Source: Octopus sinensis (lineage: Eukaryota). From it: a stretch of 64,000 nucleotides of DNA. Shown in pieces: positions 14,341 through 27,859 of the stretch. The notes beneath the pieces are model-generated. The model searched no databases. It was not told the origin of the DNA and was given only the letters and a program-made list of their open reading frames with translations. The position numbers and the translations under genes are program-made. The stretch spans positions 101,742,001 through 101,806,000 of the forward strand of contig NC_042998.1 in assembly GCF_006345805.1 (NCBI RefSeq), written 5' to 3'. How positions within the stretch are numbered: position 1 is the first letter of the stretch; each line of letters starts with the position of its first letter.

Positions 14341-14578
14341 TACATACATACATACATACATATATATATCATTTATTCTCTTTCTTGGTTTACTCATTAG
14401 CCTATGCCCATACAGGAGCACGGCGTAGAAAAGTTTTAATCCACGAGATATATCTTAAGTCTGGAATTTATCGTCTCTCTCAGTATGGCAACGAAACAAA
14501 CGTGGGATGTCAAACAGTGGGCGAGACATTGACACACACTAAAACTCACATACGCACACGCTAACGCCAACACGTACT

Positions 14579-14610
<32 letters not shown>

Positions 14611-14643
14611 CACGCACGCACACCCGCACATATACATAGATAA

Positions 14644-14713
<70 letters not shown>

Positions 14714-14930
14714 GAGGAGGACGGGTTATGAACAGTTCCTGGCTTTAAGGGTGTCGCAAAAAAGCCTGGTTGCAGGCCTAACCATTCGAGTTCTTTCGCA
14801 GGGCGTAGGGTAACCTGAAGGACCGCTGCAATACGTGTGTGAATCTAAGAGGGTAATATATTAAATAAAATTATAATTAACTACTGATCCTCCTGTATTT
14901 TCTTTTAGCAAAAAAGCCACCATCCCCTCG
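14714..14930. mobile_element. Short non-autonomous mariner-type element
   Basis: agttcctggctttaagggt..aaagcc ends; homologous to 37980-38200. Confidence 0.65.
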
Positions 14931-14946
14931 TGTGTGTGTATGTGTA

Positions 14947-14995
<49 letters not shown>

Positions 14996-17145
14996 ATATA
15001 TATATATTTAAGTGTTGTAATAACGAAGTAAAGCGAATATTTTGAAATTATATTACGTATTAAGTGATTTCAAAACATTAGTATTTGGTTTGATTTCATT
15101 ATAATAACTAATACGACACGTTGTTAATACAAACTAGCCGGTCTGAACTTCACTTATATTTGACTCGGGTCGAAAATTCTGGTACCGTTCACCGCGTCTT
15201 AATATAACACGAAATACATATGTGTATATATAAATATATATTTGGAAATGTATGTATATATACATATACACATTCACACACACATATATGTGTGTGTGTG
15301 TGCATGTATATATGCATGTATATGTGTGTATACATTATTAATACATATACATGCTTACATAGATATATATGTGCGTATGCATGTATGTATATATACGCAC
15401 ACACACTTTCATATGTGTACGTGTGTGCGCGCGTCTGTATACATATGTATATGCGTATAACGCGGGGATCGGCCGAATCGATATCTTGTTTTGCAGTTTT
15501 AGTCACAGCTGTTTATATTCTAAGTTCAAATTTCATGACATTCAATTCAATTCAATGCCTGTTTACTTCCTCGCTCTCGCATCCATAAGACTACTCACCC
15601 GTTCATGGACATCTTCAATCTCTAAAAGTTGTATTATTTAACTCCATTTATGAAGTTACGCTTGTTCTTCATCGGTAATTTATTTCATCGTTCACGGTGT
15701 GTCAAAGTTACAATCGGTGGGATTTGAACTCTGGAGATGTAACACCCAAAGAAACGCTGTGGGTATTTTGACCAACACCCTACCGTTTGTGCAACACGAT
15801 ACCTGTATAACTTTTTTTTACTATAGGTGCTCTGAAAATTTGAGGAGTTCTGAAATTTCGGAGGAGAGTGTTAGCCGTTCATATAGATTCCAGGAATCCC
15901 TAATAATTATTTTATCGACACCAAAATGACGGACGCAAACGCGACCTCGGGAGATTTGAAATCGGAGCGTAGAACCGGAAGAAAATCCATTCAGCGTGCG
16001 AACGACTCTGCCAGCTCGCTTGCCTCGCAATACCTGTATGATATGGTGAACAGTGTGTTTTCACCACAGTTGTTGATACTCTATTCACTAGCCAACAAGA
16101 GACCCTATCTTGTCACGTTACAAGCTGTCAATAGTTGATAATGAACTTGAAATAATATAATACAAAATCACAGTTCTGTTTAGATTCATTGTGTCTAAAT
16201 TACAAAGCAGGGTCGCCACGGATGGAATAGCCTTTGGTTACCTCTTCAATGAGAGATATCTAAAGATTAGAAGTGAGATAAAATCAACACGAACACACGC
16301 TATACATAGTCGCTAATTGAAAAAAGTTTTACGTGATATTTTGTTTCGAAATAAAATGAGAGCGCGTGTGAGTCTATATATCTTTTGAGTGTATGTGTGT
16401 GTGTGTGTGTGTATGTGTGTGTGTGCATGTATGTATGTGTATGTTTGAGTATGAAAGAATATGTGTGTTGTGTTAGTGTTTGCTTTCGATATATGTAAAA
16501 AAATTATTGGTAAGACACAGGCCACATGTATATATCGGTTCCCCATACGTGTGCGTGTGTGTTTATGCCTGTGTATATGTGTTTGTAAACGATATGCATG
16601 ATATATCACATATAATACATACATACGCATATACATACATACACGCATACATACACAAGTATACACACAGACACACTCACGCACACACAAAGCACGCACA
16701 CACACACACGCAATCCCATGGAGATCAGCTGGTGAAATAAATATATATTCAACTCTCAAAACTTATAACTTTAAATATATGTATACGTGTGTGTGTATAT
16801 ATATGCGTGTGTGTGTGCGTGTGTGCGTGCGTGTGTGGGGGTGTATGTGCGTGTGTCGTGAGTACGTATGCGTGTGTGTGTGCATGTGTGTACCCTAAAA
16901 GATCTAAAATCACACAAGTTCATGCACGCACACACGTACAGGAGAGATATCAAAGTAGTTAATTCAATACATACACATCTCTCCATAATTTAATTAATGA
17001 ACTTTTTCAGTAAATAAATGATTAAATTATACAATATATACACAGATAAAAAATAAAATAGTGAGATGATCCAACTGTGTTAGATATAGAATACATAAAA
17101 AAAACTGTTATATATATGTGTATGTATATATATATATATACGTAC

Positions 17146-17187
17146 GTTAAATTTTTCTGAGAGTTGCAAATTGTCACCACTGTCCAT
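17146..17187 (-). CDS. Candidate first coding exon MDSGDNLQLSEKFN (phase 0), product unknown
   Basis: ATG at 17187, 14 open codons, donor GTACGT at 17145; A-rich leader; possible acceptor ttttcttctttag at 17293. Confidence 0.4.
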
Positions 17188-18169
17188 ACGTAATCTTTCC
17201 CTTTTTTGAAAAATAAAAGTTTTTTCTCGTGTTTTTTGTTTTTTTTCTTTTTTCTCTATATAAATAAAATATATGTTTTCTTTCTTTTGTTTCTAAAGAA
17301 GAAAATAATACACAGAAAATAGCTCAATCTCTTATATTTGCGTTTTGTATGATTTCGTCACGCATGATGATAATGTTGATGATAATGTTGATGGTGTGTC
17401 CATGATTATTTTCAAACATGAATATTTAGTTTTTATGTGTTTTCAATCGTTATCATTTAATTAATTAAAAATTACTTGTTGATATTTGAGTTATGTTTGC
17501 TTGTAGTTCGTTTTATTTGTAGTTTGTTTGTTTTCTTTATCTCCTTTTAAGTCTTTTAAATCCACTTCTTTGATGTGTTTAAGTGATTGTAAATTTCCCA
17601 CTTTCTGATTGTAGTAAAATACAATTTATATAAATAGTATTCCTTGTTCCTCCGTTTTTGTAAGTTTCGTTTTTCTTTCTTTCTTCTTTTATTTTATCTT
17701 TTTTTTTCTTTCTTTGTTGTTTTTTTTTTCTTTCTACATCAGATTATTCATTTTAATCGCTTTCAATTAAACAGGGAAAGTAAATAAATAAATAATTGTT
17801 TGTTTTATATTGAATTAGGAATGATTTTGAAATTATAATATTTCTTTTTTTCGTGTGTGTGTTTTACTCTATTTATTTATCAAAATATTTCTACATTTTA
17901 AGCTTTTTGATTCCCGCACCCCCACCGAAAGGAAAACAATAAAATAGTATTTATATTTTCTTTCATATGTTTATTTGTATTATCATCATCGTCAACATCA
18001 TCAGATGATGTTCTGGTATTAAGAAAATATTATGGGATTTTATGGGTAGTCACTTATTTTCATCTGTTTTCAGTTACTTAGTTACTTAGTACTTTGTTTC
18101 TTGATTTTGTGATTCCCTTTAAGATTTTAACACTTTTTTTCTTACCCCCACTTCACCGCACTACATTTT

Positions 18170-18290
18170 CTATACATTCATATATAAATACACATATTCA
18201 TGTATACTTATATATACTTATGTATACATTTCGCACTGAACACCGAATTTAATGAAGTTTCCCGCGTCTTGACATCAGTGAATCTTAAAA
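18170..18290. promoter_or_regulatory. Candidate bidirectional promoter / TSS zone
   Basis: Plus strand switches from T-rich to A/C-rich; Inr-like TCAGT near 18275; divergent ATG-donor exons on both sides. Confidence 0.3.
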
Positions 18291-18606
18291 CCAAAATCGT
18301 TAAACATCAATCGCAGTCGTAATAGTGACAATATTGCAACAGCAGCATCAGCAGCAGCAGCACCCGTAGCATCAGCAGCAGAAGTAACAACAACAAAAGT
18401 AGCAGCAGCGGCGGCAGCAGAACTTACAACAGCAACAACACAAATAACTGAAGTAGTAGTTACAAAAACAGAAACGGAAGTTCCAGCACCAGCATTACTA
18501 GCAGCAGTAAGAACAACGACAACAACAGCGGCGGGATTGGTTTTATTATACAAAACAACATCAGTGTCAGCAACAACGTGCAAGCGGTGTAATGTTTTGA
18601 ACTACC

Positions 18607-18627
18607 ATGGTAAATAGCGAAGAGGAG
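18607..18627 (+). CDS. Candidate first coding exon MVNSEEE (phase 0), product unknown
   Basis: Kozak actaccATGG, donor GAG|GTGAGC at 18628, preceded by a degenerate GCA/ACA triplet leader. Confidence 0.4.
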
Positions 18628-18674
18628 GTGAGCGAAAAAGTATAGACGGACTGAGAAATAACTGGTAGACAAAA

Positions 18675-18739
<65 letters not shown>

Positions 18740-19437
18740 CAGAGAAAATGTGTGTGTGCTTAGACGTAATGTAAAAGGAGAGCAGAGATAAGAAATTGAG
18801 GCAAGTCAGCCAATTAAACTCACAAACCGAGATAAATAGATGGATGGATAGTTAGGTAATCGGCAGGATAGATACAACAAAGATAGAGAACTAGATAGAG
18901 GACTAAATTAAGACAGAGAGTGTGGGAGAGTGTAACAGAGAAATTAACAGGGCTTGAAAAAGACAGAGAATGAGCGATAGAGAGAGAGAGAGAGTGAGAG
19001 AGAGAGAGAGAGAATAAAAGGCAGTAAAGCAATGAGGGAGGTTGTTCGAAACGGAGAAGGAAGTGAATGAAAGTGGGAAACGGAGAAAAAGAAATGGAGA
19101 GACCAAAGAGATAAGGAGGGGGGAGGGAAAGGCAGAGGAATGCAAAACGAATATGAAAAGAAAAGCGTAAAAGAATAACGTAAATCGAAGAAAAGAAAGC
19201 TGTAAATCAACAAAGAAATGCAGTTACCTACCTATAAAGTGATAGACGTAGATAAAAAGATACACACACGCACACACGCACACACACACACACACACACA
19301 TACATGCACACATCCAAATACACGCGCGCACACACACACGCACACACATATGTTGATACATGCGTGTGTTTTGTCTGTGCGTGTGTGTTTTTGTGTGTGT
19401 ATCTGCGTGTATAACTACGTAAACTGTAACGTCTATC

Positions 19438-19481
<44 letters not shown>

Positions 19482-19549
19482 AGTATGTGTGTGTATATAT
19501 ATATTTATATATATATATATATACATACATATATAAGCGTGTGTATTAA

Positions 19550-19770
19550 GGAGGCGAGCTGGTAGTATCGTTAGCACGTCGGACAAAATATTTAGCATCA
19601 TTTCTCTCTACTCGTTACGTTCCCAGTTCAAATTTCGCATAGGTCATCGCTTATCATCCTTTCGGGTACTCGATAACATAAGTACTATTTAAGCATTTAG
19701 GCGGGGGTCGATATAATCGACTTACACAACTCCCCTCAAATTTCTGGCCCTGTGCCAAAGTTTCAAAATA
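19550..19770 (+). mobile_element. tRNA-derived SINE type B
   Basis: ggcgagctggtagtatcgttagcacg head, agttcaaatt B-box-like motif. Confidence 0.7.
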
Positions 19771-19786
19771 TACCAAGAATAAATAA

Positions 19787-19824
<38 letters not shown>

Positions 19825-20620
19825 GCGTGTGTGCTTCTATATACTTTAAAACTAAGTGTATCATAGCAACGTTAGTTCGAGCCTTACCAGCTTTCTGAGT
19901 TTCTATTTTTTTTTCCAAGTGTGTCTTTCATAGAATTCTATTTTTTTTTTCTCTCGCAGGTGAACGTGCGTGTGTATTTTGTATGCGCGCGCGAATATCT
20001 GTCTGTATGTCTGTCTGTGTGTGCGGTTTCGCATGAGCACGTTTGCTTTGTTTTGAAGTTGCAAACATCTACATGATTGTGCATTCTTATTTAAGTAGCA
20101 ATAAACTTTACCTATCTTTTTATAACTAATATTCATAATTATAAATTGAATTGCTAACTCCCAATAAAGTGATCCGAGCGCTGCTACATTTGGCCACTAC
20201 TCTCAGCGTTTTATGGCGAGGACGAGATTTTGTAATCTAATGAAGTCGAATCAAAATACACAGGCGGGACACGAACTGCACATGCGCTTCTTTTGAAATT
20301 TGATGCTTGTGGGTACAAAGATGCTAATATGAAAGGTGTATTCCTGTCGAGCGCGTAGGCATAAACGAAGAAACGTGGCTTTCAGTCCCACCGGAATGGT
20401 TATATTTGTATAGCCTCTCATGTGACTTCTTTATATAAAGCAGGTTAGGCCTTATTTTAAAATGTACTTATGGGGCGCTGTTTAGTACATTTACCCAATC
20501 ACAGACGCATTTAGACCCACATACTGAGGCACACACAGACGCACACTCATACACCACAAACCCATACATCCTCATACTTCAATGCGTTAATGTATATGTC
20601 TGAGTATCTATCAATCTATG

Positions 20621-20698
<78 letters not shown>

Positions 20699-20720
20699 CT
20701 ATCTATCTATCTCTCTCTCT

Positions 20721-20759
<39 letters not shown>

Positions 20760-20784
20760 CTCTATCTCTCTATCTATCTCTCTC

Positions 20785-20848
<64 letters not shown>

Positions 20849-20972
20849 CCTACCTACCTACCTATCTATCTATATATCTATCTATCTATCTACCCAACAA
20901 TCTTTATAGGAACATATATACACATAAATACAGGTGTATATATATATATATGTGTGTGTGTATATATATATG

Positions 20973-21010
<38 letters not shown>

Positions 21011-21589
21011 TATGTATGTATATATATATATATAATATACATATATATATATATATAGACATATGTATATACACATACACACGTAAATATATGCACATAT
21101 ACACAAATAGTTGCTATTTCTATTTTTTATATAAACGTATGCGTATTCATTTACTATATATAAATTATATGGCAAAGAATTGAATGACAGAGAGAGCAAG
21201 TGAGAGCGAGAGGGAGAGAGAGAGATGGAGGGAAGAGAAAATGAGAGAGAACGAGAGAGCGTGAGAGAATGGAGAGAGGGTGTAGGTGGAGACGATATCA
21301 CAGTAATAAAAGAAAGATGCATACTTAGACAATTTGTTTCAGAAAGATATATACATAGGCAAGTTGTTTCAGAAATAGTTTTTGTTTGTCATAATGCGTT
21401 TACAATATTGAAAAATTGTTGCTCTTTGAGTCTGCTTCGATTTCGACTTAAGATTGAATTTTTGAAATTCCTTTCTTTCTTCTTTTTTTAACGTTGATGT
21501 TCACCTTTATTGGTGTCCAAGAAGTTTCCTCTTCTGACTATGAGCGTTTGAGAGAAAGTTTTTAAATGCGGTATTTAGGAATTGAGATA

Positions 21590-22142
21590 TAGAAGCCCAG
21601 GATATTAATCGTCTGGAAGCCGTTCAGCTACGTGCAACCAAAAGAATACCCCCCATCAGGCATTTGCCATATTCTGAACGCCTTACTTCCCTGGGCATGG
21701 ACACATTGAAACTCCGACGTCTGGCAACTGACTTGGCAGGGACCCATAAAATTATTAACCATCTTACAAACAATAACTCTGAGCACCTTTTCAAACTCCA
21801 CCCGTCTAACACTCGTGGACATATTTACAAAGTCAGAAAACAGCACGGCTCCCATGACTTTAGGAAACATTTTTCACGCTGAGAGTTGCTGAAGCATGGA
21901 ACACACTGCCGGCATAAGTTGTTAGTTGTCGGAGCACTGTATCCTTCAAACCTTCCATGCTTTCTGAGATTCGTCAACACTACACCTGATTTTCTCCCCT
22001 CCATACACACACAAGCATGTATCTGACTCATACATTGTTCGCTTTCCAGACATTTGTACATTACTGCATATACTTTATACACACTTTCTGACAAGTTGTG
22101 GTGCGCCTGAGCAATGTATACAATAATCTCATTATTATTATT
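21590..22142 (+). mobile_element. CR1-type LINE 3' end
   Basis: PYSERLTSLGMDTLKLRRLATDL..NTRGHIYKVRK..FRKHF; (ATT)n tail. Confidence 0.85.
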
Positions 22143-22912
22143 ATAGAATAGAACTGTTTAAAAGTGGTATCTTCCTTATTTTCATTCTCAGAAGATTGTA
22201 ATTTGAACGTTTTTATCTACATTCTGAGCAAAAATTTAGTATAAAGTGATCGAGATGTATGTGAATATACAGTGAATTTCGAATTTATCATTGATACATG
22301 CATCTGGTTAATGCCCCTTGATCACCCTATTTATTTGGACTGGCATGTCCCAAATGACTGTGAATAAGCAGGTGTAAATTGCCGTTTTTTCTTACCCTAT
22401 CTGTCGCACATCTTCACAGTTTTCATGTCAAAGTAAAATGATATTGCTCAAAAGACATAACTCTCGACTGGATGGTCTACCTGGATAAACTAACTGCACA
22501 AGCCTGGTAGCGAAGATAAGATTGTTTGATGTTGCATTGCTTTGGTTGCATGATCTGCATATATTATCATCTCTTTTTTCATTATTGTTTTCATACTTAT
22601 TTTTGTCCAGACATTACTACCGTGCAGCTGAAATCAGACAATCCAATTTTCTTACTAGCTTAGAGCTTTTGATCACGTTGGATTTCTTCCTCGCCGTCGG
22701 ATCTAAATCGGATCTGAAGCTGGCTGTGCTTTTAAATGTATTTTGTTTTCTTTAATATTCTAGGAGTAAAGATGTCCATATTAATTTTCTCTTGTCTGTT
22801 GTTTTCAATTTTCTCCTATATATATTTTCTTCTAACGATGGTAGCTACGAGTAACTACGTTATTGTTTCCTAATACATACATGCGCGCGCGCACATACAA
22901 ACATGCATGTGC

Positions 22913-23018
<106 letters not shown>

Positions 23019-23068
23019 TTATCTATCTATCTGTCTGTCTATCTATCTGTCTGTCTGTCTGTCCCCCC

Positions 23069-23107
<39 letters not shown>

Positions 23108-23108
<1 letters not shown>

Positions 23109-23375
23109 GGGGCTCCTCTGTATTGGTGGTCATCTTTACCTTGTTACCTCCCCTACTTTCCTTCTCCTGTCCGGCACTAGTCGCCATGATAGATCGTTAG
23201 CCACTACACACATCTTTTCTCTCCTTGTTCCTCTCATTGTTTTTTTCTGTGTACGATTCTGTAGAAGAGCGTAAGCTCAAAACGTAAAAGACTTTTCTAT
23301 TCCTGAGCGTTATACTAATACATCTGTTTGTTTTGTACACCACCTGTCTTCGTCTTTTGCTTTTTTTCGTAAACT
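23108..23375 (+). mobile_element. Penelope-type pLTR remnant with degenerate hammerhead motif (23259-23287)
   Basis: CTGTAGA-A-GAGC gtaa GCTC-AAAAC-GTA; two core substitutions. Confidence 0.55.
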
Positions 23376-23378
23376 TTT

Positions 23379-23422
<44 letters not shown>

Positions 23423-23769
23423 CGTACATACATATATGCAAAGTGAAAGTGAGGGAGGGAGACGTCCTCTGCTTTTCTCCATATTTCATAACTACACCAA
23501 TGATTTCAATTAATTTTTAGATACCACTGTTCTTAGATTATAGTAATTTGCAATCCGTACGAAATTATTCCCTTTCTCTCCCTCTAGCTGTGAATCTTCT
23601 TTTGAGTTATGAATTCGTAATTTATTTGGGTATAAGTTTTATAATGTAACCTCTTTAATTCACTTAACATTTAATTTATTATCATAAGCAGTTTGTATAT
23701 AACTGAGATGATTAGTGTAGCCATAATGTAGCCATAATATTTCTAGCTTATTTTGATTTCTTTAGCAGT

Positions 23770-23965
23770 GACTTCCTTTTCTAATATTGGTTTCAAAAAT
23801 TAGTACAAGTCTAGTAATTTCGGTGGAAGTGATAAGTCGTTTACATCGACTCAAGTGTTCAACTGGTACTTATATTATCGACCCTGAAATGATGAAAGGC
23901 TAAGTCAAAGTCAAAGGAATTTCAACTCAGAATGAACAGACGGACGAGCTTCCGCTTTTAACATT
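23770..23965 (-). mobile_element. SINE type B copy
   Basis: ggtacttatattatcgaccctgaaatgatgaaaggc..tcaactcagaatg. Confidence 0.7.
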
Positions 23966-25250
23966 AGCATGTCTTTTCGACCCTACTTTTTCTTAATATT
24001 CTTATTGTCTGTTTGATCATATGAGGCAAATATAATCCTCAATATTTATATGGATGCGTCTGTTCTCATACTCTTATATCATCTTTTGGATATAATTTTA
24101 ATGTTCTTAATTTTATTTATTTTGGTTCTTAGACGTGTCAAACGTGTTTATAGTCCAGTACTCACTTGTGTATCCTGGCTGAATTCGTGAAAAATTGATT
24201 ATCTCTCCAGTTGATAATTTATCCGAGTAAATAGTTACCAGTCATCCATATAGAAGACGTTGTTGGTAATGTGGTAATATTTTGCGGATGAATTTAGATC
24301 TAGGAGTAGAAAGAATATTGACTTTCCTAAATATGTTACTATTAGCATGCATATAAGATAGCTTTAATCATACTCTTTTAGCTTTGTAGCAATATAGTGA
24401 TTTTCCATTTTGGCATGATATATTTGGTGTGTCGTGCTAGCATTGAAACTACTGTGTTATATTAAGTATATTCAAGATTGTGGTGTACTGGTTAATGATA
24501 TTTTAGAGGTCTAAATGTAAATCATATATCCTAAGTAACCACACTGCGTTTATACTTATATTAAAATTAAATTCCAGGCGTTAAGTTTATACCACTTCTC
24601 AGCACGTCTGGACACTGAAAGATGAAAGCACAGCATGCGGATTAATGAAGATTTGAAACATGCTGCTTCTGCATCTATGAAACAATCTTCTCATTGACAA
24701 GTCTATTCATCTTAAATTCTTGCTATGAACTATTTCTGAAAATTCATCATCATATCATGAATATTATTCTGTATACAAGCCGTTGAAATATTTCAATATT
24801 TTTATGGAAGCTCCCTGAAATGCTATAAATATCCCATCCTATGCAATAAAACGCGGTTTATCATTTCTGACACTTTGAGTCAGAGGCCTTCTAGTTGCTA
24901 AATAGCTTTAAATCTTATTTCGCAGGAAACAGCAAACTTATAAACTGATATCTGTACTTTATATAATTCGAAAAAGCAAAACGAAAAACAAGACAAAGCA
25001 AACTGGAATTTGCCCATTGAATTTTGTGTACACACTTGCTTTTGCTCAGGTGAATCAAGATCTATCTCTTGTATTGTATTTTGTTGTATTATATGTGCAT
25101 CTTTCCTTCTGAACCCTTTATATATACACACATATACTCTTTTACTAGTTTCAGCCGTGCGGCTGGGGTCATGCTGGAGCACCACCAAGGTCTTTCTGAT
25201 TTCCTTAGTTTGGGGTGTTTCACATCACCATTCCTGTATGTGCTTTTGTC

Positions 25251-25970
25251 CTAGCTGTTGGCCCATTTGGTGTATAAGAGAACTTCATTAGTTGGAGCTA
25301 GTATAGCTCTTTCACATAGCAAGTTAACCTCATTGTAATTGACAGATAAATTAGGAAATACTTTATCCATTAGATCTCTAAGAGCAAGTATCATTTGACC
25401 GCATGTAATTTCATATAGCTGAAGTCTTGAGTTGAATGTTGATATCTCATTATCAATCTTAAGAAGCTCGTATGATCACCTTGTAGAAGTACTGTGATGT
25501 TGCTTGTAAGACGAAGTTTTTCCACGTCTCCAAAAGTACGACATTTTGAAGCATGCATTGCCCTCATCGACTTTTGATCCTTTGGGGATAATTGGCAACG
25601 TTTGACGAAAATCTTCTCACGAGCGTTCTATATTTTTTATGTCTTGGAGGGTACGGTCAAGCACCTATGGAGCCCTACGATGTAACAGTGCAGTCATCCC
25701 AAACAATGAGCCATTGCCAGTTTTAGAGGGAGCTTGATCATGGAATGAACTGTTCGTCCCCTATTGTGGAGGGTAGATACAATATCAGAAATTGCAGCAC
25801 TGGAAGGTTAGATTTTATTTACTCCCATTTAGGATTGCAGGTGAAAGTGATAAATGGATCTGGTTTTCCATATGTTCTGACATATATCATAGCACCTTGT
25901 GTTTGTTTGTGCATATATCGAAAACCACCTGTGAATGATGATGCAAGCATTACGATGCGTTGCCCATGTA
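25251..25970 (-). pseudogene. Internally deleted Helitron RepHel relic (Rep motif plus PIF1 helicase motifs)
   Basis: SSFTGGFRYMH..YVRTYGKPDPFITFTCNPKW, then GRTVHS, LIVWDDC, LDRTLQDI, DFRQTLPIIPKG, CERAILAPTN. Confidence 0.9.
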
Positions 25971-27859
25971 ACAAAGTATAGAAAGTCAACATTTATTTGA
26001 ATCGTGTGCTAAATGTTATAAAATTCAGGATTGAATATCACGGTGAAGAAAGTCAAGCTCCAGGAAATTCAGAAGGCATAATTCAATTTTTCATACAAAA
26101 ATAATTCATTATTTTACAATTTTCAAACGAACGCTGGACAAACTGTGTGCAAAGGAATATGTTGCTGTTGCGATCTTTAATTAATTTAAAACATTTGCTG
26201 AAAGATGTAAGTGGCAAAATATAAAATTAATTTGACATCACTATATTTTACTAACACAGTAAAATGGTTGTGTGGCGTTGAATACTCACACTTATAAGCT
26301 GCATAGCAGGAATACGATAAGGACGCTAGGACTCTTAAAAGGGCGTTGTCTTCAAACTGGTTATAAGGACTGGAATAACATTTCTCCAGTTATATTGAAA
26401 CAGCCGCTAAAGCTTTCTACTTCACCAAGTTTCCGAATTTGGTATAATAACCAGAGCAACATTTTTTCAGATTATTTTTGCGAGTGTTGTAAATACAGTC
26501 AAATCAGCCAAATTTTCATGTTGGTTATAAAAAACAGCATATTTCAGCATTTAAGTAGTGATAACGTTAAAGCCGTTTAAACCGCAACACACATGATGAA
26601 AAGGAAAATCCAAACAGTGGTAGTTCAAATTGAACACTGTTGTTCGTTCAATGTCCAGGCTGCAACTAAACTAAACTCTTTCAAAATCTATTCCTCAGTC
26701 TGTCTGTCTCTGTCTTTAGATCTGTGTGTCTATCGTCACAAAAATGTATGTATACTGACAGACACATACACCGTCACATACACTCACACACTTATAATTC
26801 TCAGTCACCACCTAACGCACGTAACGAACGCGCACGCACACACACACAGTGACTAACAGATACACTCTCATATAGAAAATGTGACGTGGTGGTGGTGGTA
26901 TAAAATGCCGTTTACGATAGTTGACTGATAGAAAGATTATACCTCATACGACAAAATCAGCAACTAAGTTTTCGAATACATAAGCAACATATGCGGGCGC
27001 ATACACACAAACTCTGGTTTATATATAAATATATATATATATATACACACACACTAATATACATGTATGTTTGTGTGTACACACATACGCTCTACTTTAC
27101 TCTCTCTTAACTACTATTGACATTTTTAGCAGTAGCATTTAACAACAAAGACCCTGGAATAAATTTGAAAGGAAATTTACGTGCTAAAAGAAATGACAGA
27201 ATGATTTGTTTTGCAGGCAAATAGAAGATATGAATATATGTTTTGATGTATTTGACAAAGTCTGTATATTACAGTCGTCTAACCGAATATATTGAATAGT
27301 AATTACTTGTAAACTTAAAGAGAAAGGAAAAGTTGCTAATATTTTGACTGCAGAAGTGGCTGCATGGTAGGTAGCCTGCTTATTGCGCATGCGTTAGTTA
27401 TTTTACTGATGCACTGGTATTGTCAAGACGTTGCTTTCGCAGCGCTCTTGAAATAAAGAACTAAGAAGGTGTAACTATAAGGTAAAATATTTGGTATTTT
27501 GGGATGTAGAGGGGGTTTGTTGTTTGTTGTCCATTTTTTTCGAACAAGTAATTCCTACTGAGTTCCGAGGCATGTGTTTGCCTGTTGTTGTGCTGTAATT
27601 GTGAGAATTTGTTGTTTTGGGAGCGTATCCCGCCTCTAAAAATTGTGAAATATTTGGAAAATTTCTTCCAATTTGTGGCGGATTTTGTTGAAGTTGTGTT
27701 ACTGCTGCCGTGACCCTGTTCACTTTTGGAGTACCTGTTGGCCGGAATTGTGTGTTCCCGTATTTAGAATTGTCTTCTTTCTTTTTCTCTTCTTGTTTTT
27801 CTGTTGTTCCTTGTCTTCTTTCGAAATTATTCTAAGTCCTCAACTTAGAATAATTTCGT

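Noticed and set aside
18275-18583. Ala/Val-rich 102-aa minus ORF resembling a membrane protein
   Set aside because: Starts at TTG, derives from a degenerate triplet repeat, no in-frame ATG
24926-25049. Plus-strand exon candidate with one open frame
   Set aside because: No recognisable homology; phase incompatible with the candidate first exon
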